IMG/VR virus record: IMGVR_UViG_3300042298_003052
Location: 75,449 to 139,448 of that record
From: a virus
Length of the DNA: 64,000 nt
Direction: 5' to 3' (one strand)
Position numbers and translations under genes: made by a program
Shown: one piece after another, positions 38,755 to 48,394 of the stretch
How the letters are laid out: each line of letters starts with the position of its first letter
Numbering within the stretch: position 1 is the first letter of the stretch
Notes under the pieces: generated by a model
The model's input: the letters and a program-made list of their open reading frames with translations, nothing else
Database searches by the model: none
Told to the model about the DNA's origin: nothing

Positions 38755-38784
38755 AGTAATGTACAGAGAGGGAGAAGAAAGGAA

Positions 38785-38940
38785 ATGAAAATCGTAAATG
38801 TTTTAGTTGTTCTACCGTTCATGTTTCTGGTTTCTGATTTGCCTGTTTGGGCATCGTCAGAATCGGATAAAAGGGATCAGTTTCCGACTACTACGGATCT
38901 ACCTCCTTGGGGTGGAGTAATACCTTCTTGGTTACAATAG
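38785..38940 (+). CDS. 51-aa secreted peptide (not in ORF track)
   Basis: first gene after a promoter, AAAGGA RBS; MKIVNVLVVLPFMFLVSDLPVWA-SSESDKRDQFPTTTDLPPWGGVIPSWLQ. Confidence 0.6.
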   Translation: MKIVNVLVVLPFMFLVSDLPVWASSESDKRDQFPTTTDLPPWGGVIPSWLQ

Positions 38941-38976
38941 GATCAAGTTAAACAATATTAAGGAGAGGATTCAGAA

Positions 38977-39261
38977 ATGATGGTGTTTGATTGGGTAAAA
39001 GCGGCAGAGATTATAAAAACATTCAATCCTTATCTAGTTGAGGCGTGTTTAGAAAACGATTTCTTTTGGACGGGAGGGACAATTTTCCGTAGTGGAAAGA
39101 TAATCGATAACCAGTATACATATCTAGCGTCATACAAGGCAAAACCTCAAATCATAGTAAATGGAGAAATTTTAGATTGCTATGTTATGGCTAGTGAACG
39201 CCCTGATTGGGATGCTGATACGAAATGGCCAGAAGAAGCACGTAAGATTCTAGAATCTTAG
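38977..39261 (+). CDS. conserved phage hypothetical protein
   Basis: MVFDWVKAAEII...YTYLAS...W...TKWP. Confidence 0.65.
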   Translation: MMVFDWVKAAEIIKTFNPYLVEACLENDFFWTGGTIFRSGKIIDNQYTYLASYKAKPQIIVNGEILDCYVMASERPDWDADTKWPEEARKILES

Positions 39262-39323
39262 GGTAGAGTGCGGTAGGGTTAAGCTGTAAACATTTTAATT
39301 CGTAGCATCTAGGAGAAACAAAA

Positions 39324-39824
39324 ATGAACGTGCATTACGTAAGAATCGGTGACACAGACGAATTTGATTTAGAAAAACTAGGTGAACGTTTAGAAAGCGT
39401 CTACCCTGGTAACCTTAGTATGTTCAGAGGTCTACCTAGTAATATTTATCAAATTATCTCTACCAAGGGATTCAACGTTCGTGTTGAAAACGGAGATCAA
39501 TACGAAAAGTGCCAATGGTTGAAAGTGGAGGACGATTTTCAACTCCCTGAACTAAACTTGGAAGCTCAGATCGATGATCTGAGAGTGAAGTATGCTAATG
39601 AGTTAGCCAACGATCTGATCAATCCAGAGATTGATTACTATATCTTTGATAAAATAGAAAAAGATGGTAGTAGCTACTGGGGTACATGGAACGCGACAAC
39701 TGTCGAAGTGTATCCTTGTGATGGTACTCCAGAATGGGAACTTATCGAAAGCGGTTTCGCTAAATGCGATGCCCCAGGATGGAATGAGACGATGTTAGTA
39801 AAGAAAACGGATTGTAGATGTTAA
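39324..39824 (+). CDS. hypothetical protein
   Basis: AGGAG RBS. Confidence 0.6.
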   Translation: MNVHYVRIGDTDEFDLEKLGERLESVYPGNLSMFRGLPSNIYQIISTKGFNVRVENGDQYEKCQWLKVEDDFQLPELNLEAQIDDLRVKYANELANDLINPEIDYYIFDKIEKDGSSYWGTWNATTVEVYPCDGTPEWELIESGFAKCDAPGWNETMLVKKTDCRC

Positions 39825-39931
39825 GAGGGAGAAAGAAGATTCTATTTTATTTTATCTATACGATAGTCATTATATGGCTATACGCATAGGTGACGGCGAT
39901 CCACACATTCTTACATTAAGGAAGGTTAACT

Positions 39932-40195
39932 ATGAACATGACATTTGAAGATTTCATTATAACAATTGCAACTGAAAATTTTCCTCAAGACCGTGTGACG
40001 CTAAGGAACTTCCTCGTGTTATACCCACACTGGGTATCGACCGATAAACCTTGGTATGAGTTACGATATCGAGCCTGGGCTATATGTTATAGTCGAACGG
40101 GATGGGAGTATCATTTTAATGGTGTCATAGGTGATGGTAAAACTTTGGCGGAAGCTAAAGCCGACCATCGTGTTAAATATCAAGAACACTTATAA
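39932..40195 (+). CDS. hypothetical protein
   Basis: AAGGAAGG RBS; G.G.TL.EA tail shared with 40365, 42740 and 43027. Confidence 0.55.
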   Translation: MNMTFEDFIITIATENFPQDRVTLRNFLVLYPHWVSTDKPWYELRYRAWAICYSRTGWEYHFNGVIGDGKTLAEAKADHRVKYQEHL

Positions 40196-40364
40196 TAAGC
40201 AGAGAATGTATGAAGTATGCGTGTTAACGTAGCACTTCAGAAATATATAATCCACAAAAATGCTTGTAATGAAGTTATCCATTTTACGAAAATCAAGCAC
40301 TGGTTTGGCAAAATCGGATTGACGATTGGGCGAGGATCTGTTCTTTACACGAATGGGAGAAAAA

Positions 40365-40685
40365 ATGAAAAACAATAATGATCAAGAAAGTATCGATATC
40401 ATGGATGAGGCCACGTTTGAGAACATTGTTCATGAAAAGGTTCTACCAATAGTGCCTTTTATAATTGGCACGTACTCGGTACAGGAGCTTACTCCTCTAG
40501 ATATGGATGGCGAAGGTTTTAAGTATATCCGATATGACGAAAAGCAAATATACATCAATTTGATGGTGGTTTACAGATCAGAGAAATCCATGTGGACTGT
40601 TTACGAAGCTTCCAGTAGTTCTGATCTCCCCAAAGTTGGTTGGGGTCCAACTATCGAGGAAGCTTTAGAAAAAGCAGGACTATGA
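40365..40685 (+). CDS. hypothetical protein
   Basis: GGGAG RBS before ATG 40365. Confidence 0.5.
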   Translation: MKNNNDQESIDIMDEATFENIVHEKVLPIVPFIIGTYSVQELTPLDMDGEGFKYIRYDEKQIYINLMVVYRSEKSMWTVYEASSSSDLPKVGWGPTIEEALEKAGL

Positions 40686-40911
40686 CCCTATATCACGGAC
40701 GAAACGATTACGAAGAAAGTTGGAACATTTACATTTTGTTAAAGGGAGGAGAACTACAAATCGATGATAAGATTAAAAGAATTATGGAGGACTTCAACAT
40801 CTAATAAATAACTGTAGATAGGACGATCGCTATATGAAATCGCTTGTATAGCGATCGTCCTAACAATGGTCTTTATTGAGTATACGAAAAAACAAAAAGG
40901 TACATAGAAAT

Positions 40912-41175
40912 ATGAAAGTTCAAAAAGTATTATCCGCAACCTTAGTTATCGTCTTTCTCAATCCCTTGGTTGCTTGGGCAAGCAATCGAGATCGATTCCC
41001 AAGGAACATGAGCTGTAGGAGCTGCGTTCAAGAATCGTTACCTCCACGTCCACCACAACCACGTACACAACCGTCACAACCTACTCCTCAAGGTACACGA
41101 CAACGTACACAACCAACACCACCCCGCACACAACCTACTCCTCAAGGTCCACGACAACCACGTAGCGGTAGATAG
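40912..41175 (+). CDS. secreted Pro/Gln/Thr-rich peptide
   Basis: signal peptide ending VAWA, then SNRDRFP, CxxC, TQPTPQG repeats, C-terminal PRSGR. Confidence 0.6.
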   Translation: MKVQKVLSATLVIVFLNPLVAWASNRDRFPRNMSCRSCVQESLPPRPPQPRTQPSQPTPQGTRQRTQPTPPRTQPTPQGPRQPRSGR

Positions 41176-41258
41176 AGGTTAGAGAGCTAGGCGATCGCCC
41201 ATAGGACGATCGCCTGGCGAAAAAGACAAGGTATATTGAAAATAAAGGAGAAAGTCAA

Positions 41259-41513
41259 ATGTCATCAATGTCTTATTGTGCAATCGAAAACACTGCTTCT
41301 GAGTTAGAGGCTACTGTAGGGCGAATAGAAGAAAAGGGTGCTCGATACTTAAAATCAGTGAATCAGTACGAAAGAGCAGCCTATCCACGACTTTTAGAGT
41401 TGTGTAAACGATTAGTAGAGCTTCACGAAGAATACCAGGATGTAATTGAATCCTGGTCAAGTAACGACCCTGTTGATGAGGATGAAGAAGATGATGATTG
41501 GCGATATCGGTGA
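41259..41513 (+). CDS. conserved phage protein (MSYC.FENT family)
   Basis: MSSMSYCAIENTASEL. Confidence 0.65.
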   Translation: MSSMSYCAIENTASELEATVGRIEEKGARYLKSVNQYERAAYPRLLELCKRLVELHEEYQDVIESWSSNDPVDEDEEDDDWRYR

Positions 41514-41571
41514 TTGCGATCACTGAAGATTAATCAATAAAGGGTAAAATAATAAAAAAGGGAGAACGAGA

Positions 41572-42171
41572 ATGAAAAGTGTAGACACGTTAAACGAGTG
41601 GTTAGACAACCACAGTGACAAATTCATCACGAAAGAATACCGTTCCAATGTAACCTTTGGTTGGTTACAAGGAGTTCCATGGTATGACCACGATAATAAC
41701 CTAGATGCAGATGAAATCACTTCCTTAACCATCGATGAAAATAAATTAGAGTTTACATACAAGATATGGTGGTGTGTATGGGTGTCTAGCGATCGTCCAA
41801 AAGATCGCTGGGGGAACACATATTTAAGTTATGAGGATGGTATCAAATTGACAGAGGGTTGTTACGAGATCGGTTACGCTGACGATCAATATACCACGTT
41901 TGATGTCGATGTCGATTCAATGAACATTAAGGAGGATTTCAACTGGCAAGATTTTCTGGCCTGGATGAAATCAGCACACTCCGATTTAGTTGATGCACTA
42001 GGGGAAGAATATATGTCATCGGGTTGTGCTCACTCAGTAACATACTATATAAGCACGATCGCTCCTGATAGCGATCAATGGGAAGGTTTCATCAACGAAT
42101 ATTATAGGGCTGAAAATACACTATCGAATTTAGGGGACGAATTCTATATTCCAGGAGAAAACAATGACTAA
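41572..42171 (+). CDS. acidic hypothetical protein
   Basis: GGGAG RBS. Confidence 0.6.
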   Translation: MKSVDTLNEWLDNHSDKFITKEYRSNVTFGWLQGVPWYDHDNNLDADEITSLTIDENKLEFTYKIWWCVWVSSDRPKDRWGNTYLSYEDGIKLTEGCYEIGYADDQYTTFDVDVDSMNIKEDFNWQDFLAWMKSAHSDLVDALGEEYMSSGCAHSVTYYISTIAPDSDQWEGFINEYYRAENTLSNLGDEFYIPGENND

Positions 42172-42352
42172 AATTTCTAAAAAAGACTTTGAATACCAGG
42201 AAGAAAATTATGGAGGGTTCTGTACGACTTGTAAAGAGTTCACTACAGATGATTGTGAACCAGATGTGGAAGACAATCTATGCCCTGACTGTGGGGAATA
42301 CACGGTACACGGCTTGTTTCAAGCTATGTTGTTAGATCTGATAGAAGTATAG
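42164..42352 (+). CDS. small Zn-ribbon protein
   Basis: GFCTTC...EPD...CPDCG..VHG. Confidence 0.65.
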   Translation: MTKISKKDFEYQEENYGGFCTTCKEFTTDDCEPDVEDNLCPDCGEYTVHGLFQAMLLDLIEV

Positions 42353-42363
42353 GGAAATTAACC

Positions 42364-42738
42364 ATGGATTACTCAATTTTGAAAGCTGAATATGTAAGCG
42401 AAACGAACACTTGCATTAACACACTTGGGAGACTAGAAGAAGAAAAATACCAAGTGATCGCAAGGATGGCAGAGCTTGATCATGATTACGATACTAAATT
42501 AGAAAATCTGGGTTTAAGAAAGGGAGGAAAAGTAGAGGTACGATTCCCTAATGAAACCGATCTGATTCGAGGTTATATCGAAGAAGTGGAGATTTTTTCA
42601 AACGGTAATGCGGAATTACAAGTTCATTTACCAGGTCAACGAGGTCAACGTCTAAAGAGAGCGAAAGACTTCTATACAGGCGTAAAAGCGGAATGGGTGA
42701 CCATTTTGCCCGATGATTACAATTTTGGAGCGAACTAA
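42364..42738 (+). CDS. hypothetical protein
   Basis: operon context. Confidence 0.55.
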   Translation: MDYSILKAEYVSETNTCINTLGRLEEEKYQVIARMAELDHDYDTKLENLGLRKGGKVEVRFPNETDLIRGYIEEVEIFSNGNAELQVHLPGQRGQRLKRAKDFYTGVKAEWVTILPDDYNFGAN

Positions 42739-42739
42739 T

Positions 42740-43018
42740 ATGAGCTTTGACGATTTCAAAAATACCATAACACAGCGATATGTAAAGGCATACGAATTCA
42801 CCGAATTTGAAGGTGTGTACTGCTGCATGGTTATTGTGTCTAGAATTGAGACTTTCATTAATTACACCACTAACACTTGGGTGGTTGTATGTAATCGTAA
42901 CAGTGTAAGACATGAAGGTAAAGGATCTACACTTGATGATGCTTTATCAAACCTTAAACCTACTAAAGTCATGTTTATTGACGGAAAAATAGAGATTATC
43001 AGGAACCTATTACCTTAA
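42740..43018 (+). CDS. hypothetical protein
   Basis: GGAG RBS before ATG 42740. Confidence 0.5.
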   Translation: MSFDDFKNTITQRYVKAYEFTEFEGVYCCMVIVSRIETFINYTTNTWVVVCNRNSVRHEGKGSTLDDALSNLKPTKVMFIDGKIEIIRNLLP

Positions 43019-43026
43019 TTAAAAAA

Positions 43027-43293
43027 ATGGAAAAATATTTCTTTCAACAAATTATCCAAAGTTTTGTAGGTAAGGTATTACTGGAAGAAATAGTGTCACT
43101 ATCACCAGGAGAATGGACGTACAATCAATTTGCCATTGGTGATCCTGAAAAAATAATACTATCAATATCTTTTCAGCCAGAAGATATGGAACCTTGGAAA
43201 TGGTACTCATTGGATGTTTGTAAGAGTCCGTCACATCGATTAGGTTGCGGAGTGACTCTGACAAAAGCTTTCATAAACGCTTATTCAAACTAA
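43027..43293 (+). CDS. hypothetical protein
   Basis: operon context. Confidence 0.5.
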   Translation: MEKYFFQQIIQSFVGKVLLEEIVSLSPGEWTYNQFAIGDPEKIILSISFQPEDMEPWKWYSLDVCKSPSHRLGCGVTLTKAFINAYSN

Positions 43294-43382
43294 TCGAATT
43301 TCTACTTTTTTAGAAACTTGTGCTAAAATGGGTTAAAAAATAATATCCCCGTTTTTCTGACGGGGATTTCACAAAACCAATA

Positions 43383-44312
43383 GTGAGTATAATGCATCCA
43401 GAGCAAAACCACAAGCTAGAGCCAAAAGTCTACTCAACGATGGTAGACGACATGAAAGCATCTCAGGCGTTCTTCTGGTACGTGCGATCTTTGGATAAAG
43501 AAGGAACAGGACAGTTAAAGGTCCATTTGCCCACAGTGGCTAAATATTTTAAGAAATCAAAATCGACCGTTAGACGATGGGTTAATGACGCCTACTCAGA
43601 GGGCTATATAACCTACGTGAAGCGGTTCAGAAGAGAAAATAGTGTTGTGATACGGTACGCTTCATTCAGCCGTGTTGCAGACGCTCTAGGCTTGTCTGAG
43701 TTAGGTAATGTGGTATGGATGGATCGCAAACAAATGCAATCCATTAAAAAAACTGCCACTGCTGCTCTAATGATGATGAGGCAGAACCAATCTTTTTACA
43801 ACGCCAAGGAGGTTAACAAAAAGAATAAAGGCACAGATCGTGCCAAAAGAGTTCGAGGTACACAGTCATTATTCAAGAATAAAAAAATCAACTCTCGTGG
43901 TAATGTCAGGTTTTCTATTAAAAAACGTAGAAAACGGGGAGACAAAGGTGTTTTATTCAGGAATGATCGCTGGTGTGTCGTTTCAGAGAAGTTCCTTCTA
44001 TTCGGATCCACTCAGCTATCCCTATCAAAACTGATGGGGAGATCTGTTAGAACGATTCGTAATAGATTGAAAGGCATTGAAAGAGTACAATTAGCTAAAA
44101 ATGTTTTCAGAGCTTCTGAGAACCTTAATTTAGCTATTGATGAGTTCTCTAAATATGCGATCGATGGGAAACCATTGTTTAAGATCGATCGCTATGTAGT
44201 TGAACCTTTTTGCAATGTCTATAACTTCTCTTCATCTATTCATACATCTAGTTCCTATCGCGCTCTTAATCGATATATTCGCTTTAAGAAACGTAGTGCT
44301 AGCTTGGGGTAG
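43383..44312 (+). CDS. basic DNA-binding protein with two HTH motifs
   Basis: VAKYFKKSKSTVRRWV and QLSLSKLMGRSVRTIRNRL; own extended -10 TGcTAAAAT near 43321. Confidence 0.65.
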   Translation: MSIMHPEQNHKLEPKVYSTMVDDMKASQAFFWYVRSLDKEGTGQLKVHLPTVAKYFKKSKSTVRRWVNDAYSEGYITYVKRFRRENSVVIRYASFSRVADALGLSELGNVVWMDRKQMQSIKKTATAALMMMRQNQSFYNAKEVNKKNKGTDRAKRVRGTQSLFKNKKINSRGNVRFSIKKRRKRGDKGVLFRNDRWCVVSEKFLLFGSTQLSLSKLMGRSVRTIRNRLKGIERVQLAKNVFRASENLNLAIDEFSKYAIDGKPLFKIDRYVVEPFCNVYNFSSSIHTSSSYRALNRYIRFKKRSASLG

Positions 44313-44486
44313 ATGACATAAATACCGGAAAATAATGCGTTTTCACTTGATAGATCGCACTATCGAGTGAATCTTTGCGTCAATGTAAATATACAAGATC
44401 GCACATCATTTGATAAGAAATCGTAGATCCATCTGTAGTACATTTGAACGCTTGCTGATCTAAATGCGATCGATCTAGAAATTATC

Positions 44487-44527
44487 TGTCAATTTAGGTT
44501 GACACTTAAAAATATGTCTGATAATAT
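44487..44527 (+). promoter_or_regulatory. sigma70 promoter with TGTCAA-N6-TTGACA
   Basis: TTGACA-17-TAATAT; leader shared with the 38714 promoter. Confidence 0.75.
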
Positions 44528-44557
44528 AGGAAATGTACAGAGAGGGAGAAGAAAGGG

Positions 44558-44782
44558 ATGTCGGCAGTAGTGCGTACTTGTCCAGAACTTGTTTACAGTG
44601 TATTTCAATGTGAAAAGGGGTATCGTATTTGTGCCACATGGGTCAGGCCGTATAAAATGGGCGAATGGCAAGACTGTGAAGTATTATTTGGTAGCAGTAA
44701 TTTGTGGATTACCTATTCCACCGAAGAAGAAGCCCTGACTGCTGCTAGAAGTACTGGTCGTGTCATAACGACAAATGCTTGA
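44558..44782 (+). CDS. hypothetical protein
   Basis: first gene after promoter. Confidence 0.55.
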   Translation: MSAVVRTCPELVYSVFQCEKGYRICATWVRPYKMGEWQDCEVLFGSSNLWITYSTEEEALTAARSTGRVITTNA

Positions 44783-44816
44783 AACTCACCATTATTCAAA
44801 CTAAGGAGAAATCATC

Positions 44817-45506
44817 ATGGGAACGGAGTATTTTATCAAGATCTCAAATTTTGAACCCATTAGGGATCATCTGTCAGATGTGAATCCCGGCTTTTATAGG
44901 CTAGTAGACGCCCATGGACGCCTAGGAGAAGACTGGTCGGTACAAAGACATCTGAACGGTGCTGAGAGTCGTTCTGTGAGCCTTATAGTGCCCCCTGGGT
45001 TCTCGATTCCCACCGAGGAGGAATACCAATTTCTCTTAGGGTGGTTTAGAACGAATCTAAGCTATCTTTCTGAAGATGATATAAACGCCTTCATGAAGAT
45101 CGCCCCTGGTGTGTTGTCAAGGATTAAGAACGATCTTAAGAAAAAGATCGCTGAGATCAGGGAAGAGATGAAACAATGTAAAAAAGAGTTACGATATATT
45201 TCTAAAGTGACAAGGGAACTATTGGATTTCCAAATTCCTGATCACGAATATTTTAACGTTGAATTATGTGAACCTATGTTTGATAAGTTCACAAAAGCTC
45301 TAAGCATCTACTACTCGGGAAACTCCCTTGTGGCAACATCGTACCGGAATTATAAAGACGTTACGATTTACAAATTTTGGTGTGGAGACACCGCTGATGA
45401 TGTAAAGAACGCGTTGTTGTTAGAATGCGATCAACAATTAGATCATGTAAGTTATAAGATGTACAAATTAACCGAACGTGTCGAGAATCTTGTCTCAATT
45501 GCGTAA
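44817..45506 (+). CDS. hypothetical protein
   Basis: AAGGAG RBS. Confidence 0.6.
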   Translation: MGTEYFIKISNFEPIRDHLSDVNPGFYRLVDAHGRLGEDWSVQRHLNGAESRSVSLIVPPGFSIPTEEEYQFLLGWFRTNLSYLSEDDINAFMKIAPGVLSRIKNDLKKKIAEIREEMKQCKKELRYISKVTRELLDFQIPDHEYFNVELCEPMFDKFTKALSIYYSGNSLVATSYRNYKDVTIYKFWCGDTADDVKNALLLECDQQLDHVSYKMYKLTERVENLVSIA

Positions 45507-45526
45507 TAAGGAAGGAGAAATACATT

Positions 45527-45931
45527 ATGAATATGTTACTAAAATGGGGATCCGTTTCTAGCCAGTATTGGCTAGAGGGACAGAAAGACTTGTTCGACCT
45601 TAACCAAGGTTGGCAGGAACGTCAGCTAGATCAAGAGCTGAACTACGCGCAAGCTCTTTATGTAGCTTTCCAGACGGATTACCTGACCGCTGGCCCTAAT
45701 TGGGTCAACAATACATGCGGGGAGTATGACGTGACGATTTTCATCCACGATGATTGTGGATATGGTAATTGTCAAGGTGTCTCTTTTTTTCACGAAGGAG
45801 ATCCTTGGGAATCAAATGAAGATCGCCTCGATCTTTTCGTTAGGTGCGTGGCAAAAGCCACAAATAGCACACCTGAATATGTGGAAGCGGCTCTGCGGGA
45901 AAATGGATTCGATTTTGAGAGGGACTATTAG
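45527..45931 (+). CDS. hypothetical protein
   Basis: AAGGAG RBS. Confidence 0.6.
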   Translation: MNMLLKWGSVSSQYWLEGQKDLFDLNQGWQERQLDQELNYAQALYVAFQTDYLTAGPNWVNNTCGEYDVTIFIHDDCGYGNCQGVSFFHEGDPWESNEDRLDLFVRCVAKATNSTPEYVEAALRENGFDFERDY

Positions 45932-46633
45932 ATGAAAGCTATAGTAACCAACCCGAGACTAAGGGTTCCTTTTCGCGGAAACGGAGGCGATAGCAACCAA
46001 TCATGGGTTGGGATTACCCTTGAAAGCGATCCTGTGGATCAAGGACTAGGGGATCCTTGGGATATTGAATGGCTACAAGATGAGGTATTAACCTCACTGA
46101 TGCTCGATATTCCTAGTGGTCGATTGACGTTCCAGAATACCCCAATGGGTATATCTGTAGAGTTTGATTTCCCTGATACCGATTACCAGGAACCATTCCT
46201 TGTTTTAAGTGCCCCGGAGGGAGTGTGGAATGGAAAACAGGGCGGTTTATTCGGAGGTCTATCGGCCTATGGTCGGTTCTACTTCAACAACATTTCTAAA
46301 GTGTTTTCTGGTACATACATGTTGCCAGAAGACGAAGGGGAGATCGATTGGCGAACTTATAAACTCCGCCAACGTGCGGTAGAAGCGTCTATGACAGATC
46401 GCGATAACGATTTTGAAATCGTAGCTGGTATCGCCGCTGTTTGCAAAATGTCCGTTGAAGATCGTATCGACTATCAAGAATTACTTGATGGTTGGTACGA
46501 ATTGATCAGACAGGAAGTAGAAGAGTATCCTATCCAAACTATCAGTCTAGATTGGATCCTAGGTCTAGCGCCTAAGGATCGTCTTCCTGAGGAGAACGAG
46601 ATGGTTAGACAAGTGTTAGGTATTCATCAATAA
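45932..46633 (+). CDS. hypothetical protein, paralog of 47277
   Basis: shared GDPWD, IPSG.L.F, W.GKQ.G.FGG.SAYG.F, GTYMLPED, DW.TYK.RQ.AVEA. Confidence 0.7.
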   Translation: MKAIVTNPRLRVPFRGNGGDSNQSWVGITLESDPVDQGLGDPWDIEWLQDEVLTSLMLDIPSGRLTFQNTPMGISVEFDFPDTDYQEPFLVLSAPEGVWNGKQGGLFGGLSAYGRFYFNNISKVFSGTYMLPEDEGEIDWRTYKLRQRAVEASMTDRDNDFEIVAGIAAVCKMSVEDRIDYQELLDGWYELIRQEVEEYPIQTISLDWILGLAPKDRLPEENEMVRQVLGIHQ

Positions 46634-46678
46634 AGATACAATATCTTCTAGAGTTGTAGAGAAAAAGGCACAACTTAC

Positions 46679-46710
46679 GACCTTGATCATACGATCAAGG
46701 TCTTTTTTTT
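46679..46710 (+). terminator. intrinsic terminator
   Basis: GACCTTGATC/GATCAAGGTC stem followed by T8. Confidence 0.8.
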
Positions 46711-46768
46711 GCGATCGCACTTATACGATCTGACCAAAACCCTTGGTACACCGTAGCGATCTGATCCG

Positions 46769-46917
46769 TTTTGACCAATCGATTGGGTCAATTTGACCCG
46801 TTCGATCAACTCATTTTGGACAATCGATTGGGTCAATTTGACCTAATCGAACAAATACATTTTGACCAATCGATTAGGTCAAATTGACCCAATCGGGAGG
46901 GTCAGTCTGACCCAATC
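46769..46917. repeat. tandem 45-46 bp iteron-like repeats
   Basis: TTTTGACCAATCGATTGGGTCAATTTGACC-like units at 46769, 46814 and 46860. Confidence 0.85.
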
Positions 46918-47276
46918 TTCTATATTAAAGAGACTAAAGAGAATATATATATAGAGACGCCCCTAACGGGGCTACGACAGAGATCCACAAATGTTGAATT
47001 TATTGATCCACAAATGTGGATCATTGATCGCACTAGGACGATCGCTATTGATCATCAATCGCTATGTCACTATCAACATTCGTGGATCATTGATCGTTCT
47101 TAGATATGAGATCGTCCTAGTGCTTTACCTTTTGTGGATCCAGTCAACAAACGATCGCGTTTCAACCATCGTGGATCAAAACAAGAGCGATCGCGTTCGG
47201 GTCGAGTGTAAACCGGACTTGACAGTTCTGGTGCGATCGTTTAGAATGAAAGGAGATGAGTTAAAGGAATGCAATC

Positions 47277-47987
47277 ATGGTCAAGTTTGAATTGAAGAAC
47301 GCATCAGTTACCGTCCCCGTCGTTGGAGACGGCGGGTATGCCAACAAGTCCAGCCTTGAACTGGATGTTCTTAGTGTTGGTAAGGTTAACGTCGGAGATC
47401 CGTGGGATCTCTCTTTCCTCAAGGGGAAGGAGATCCAGCACCAAGGGCTGACTTTGAGTATCCCCTCTGGGATGCTTAAATTTTTAGGAAATATCTCTGT
47501 TTCGTTAGAAGCAGAAGAAGATGGATTTGAGAGCTTTGTTTTTCGGGCTCAAGAAGCCCGTTGGTCCGGAAAACAGGACGGCTATTTCGGCGGCATGTCC
47601 GCCTATGGAAATTTCCGTGCTCAGATTGAATGGGTGGTGGAGGGCACCTATATGCTGCCCGAAGACTTCACGGGTAGGTCGTTCAAAAATTTGGCTACCC
47701 TGGTCACCCTCCACTTGGAGGAATGGCCCTGTTTTTACAGGGTTGACTGGGAAACCTACAAGCGTCGCCAATGGGCGGTAGAGGCTGTAGATCGTCAACA
47801 AGCTCTATCGCTTGCTGCTAGCGCTGCAAAAATGCTAGCTATCCCGGCTAGCGATAGAAATTCTCAGATAGACGAAAGTCTATCTTGGTGGTGGGACTAC
47901 ATCCGACGACAAGAACTAAAATCTCTTGAGGGATTTGATACTTACGAAACGGTTTCTGAGGCAATGGAGGCTGACAGCCTAAATTAG
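47277..47987 (+). CDS. hypothetical protein, paralog of 45932
   Basis: see 45932. Confidence 0.7.
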   Translation: MVKFELKNASVTVPVVGDGGYANKSSLELDVLSVGKVNVGDPWDLSFLKGKEIQHQGLTLSIPSGMLKFLGNISVSLEAEEDGFESFVFRAQEARWSGKQDGYFGGMSAYGNFRAQIEWVVEGTYMLPEDFTGRSFKNLATLVTLHLEEWPCFYRVDWETYKRRQWAVEAVDRQQALSLAASAAKMLAIPASDRNSQIDESLSWWWDYIRRQELKSLEGFDTYETVSEAMEADSLN

Positions 47988-47996
47988 CCTCTTCAT

Positions 47997-48035
47997 CACC
48001 CCAGGGTCTACCTACTAGGCTCTGGGGTGCCTTTT
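47997..48035 (+). terminator. intrinsic terminator
   Basis: CACCCCAGGGTCTA/TAGGCTCTGGGGTG stem plus T run. Confidence 0.65.
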
Positions 48036-48088
48036 GCTGTTGTCTACTGTTCGTTTTTTTTGTTCACTTTCGTCCAAGGAGGACAATC

Positions 48089-48394
48089 ATGGTCAAGTTT
48101 GAATTGAAGGAAGCTCAAGATCTCCACCCGACTCTGGGATTGCCGGAGGGATCAATAGTGAAAGTTTCAGAAGCTTCTGAAACTTTTTGTGCGGGGCATG
48201 TCGGATTTATAGTCCGGCAAAGCCTGGACGAAACTTCCGCAGAAGAAAACGAATGGGGCTTTTCTTCGTTCAACTCTGTAAATGGAGTGTGCTACGAAAT
48301 TCCCTATGAGGATTTTGAAGCGTTAAAATACTTCGACCGCAGATTTTACCGCCTGCGAGTAGTGCAGGGGGAATACATCAACGATTTGGATTAG
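48089..48394 (+). CDS. hypothetical protein sharing its first 7 codons with 47277
   Basis: AAGGAGG RBS; CAATCATGGTCAAGTTTGAATTGAAG identical in both. Confidence 0.6.
   Translation: MVKFELKEAQDLHPTLGLPEGSIVKVSEASETFCAGHVGFIVRQSLDETSAEENEWGFSSFNSVNGVCYEIPYEDFEALKYFDRRFYRLRVVQGEYINDLD

Noticed and set aside
41150-41175. Bona fide patS/patX gene
   Set aside because: Terminal motif is PRSGR, not RG(S/T)GR; kept only as a speculative finding
46769-46917. CRISPR array
   Set aside because: Only three degenerate units with ~15-nt intervening sequence; spacers too short and no cas genes
46991-47290. ORF 46991-47290 and its look-alike 48431-48658
   Set aside because: Their similarity derives from the duplicated promoter cassette, not from protein conservation
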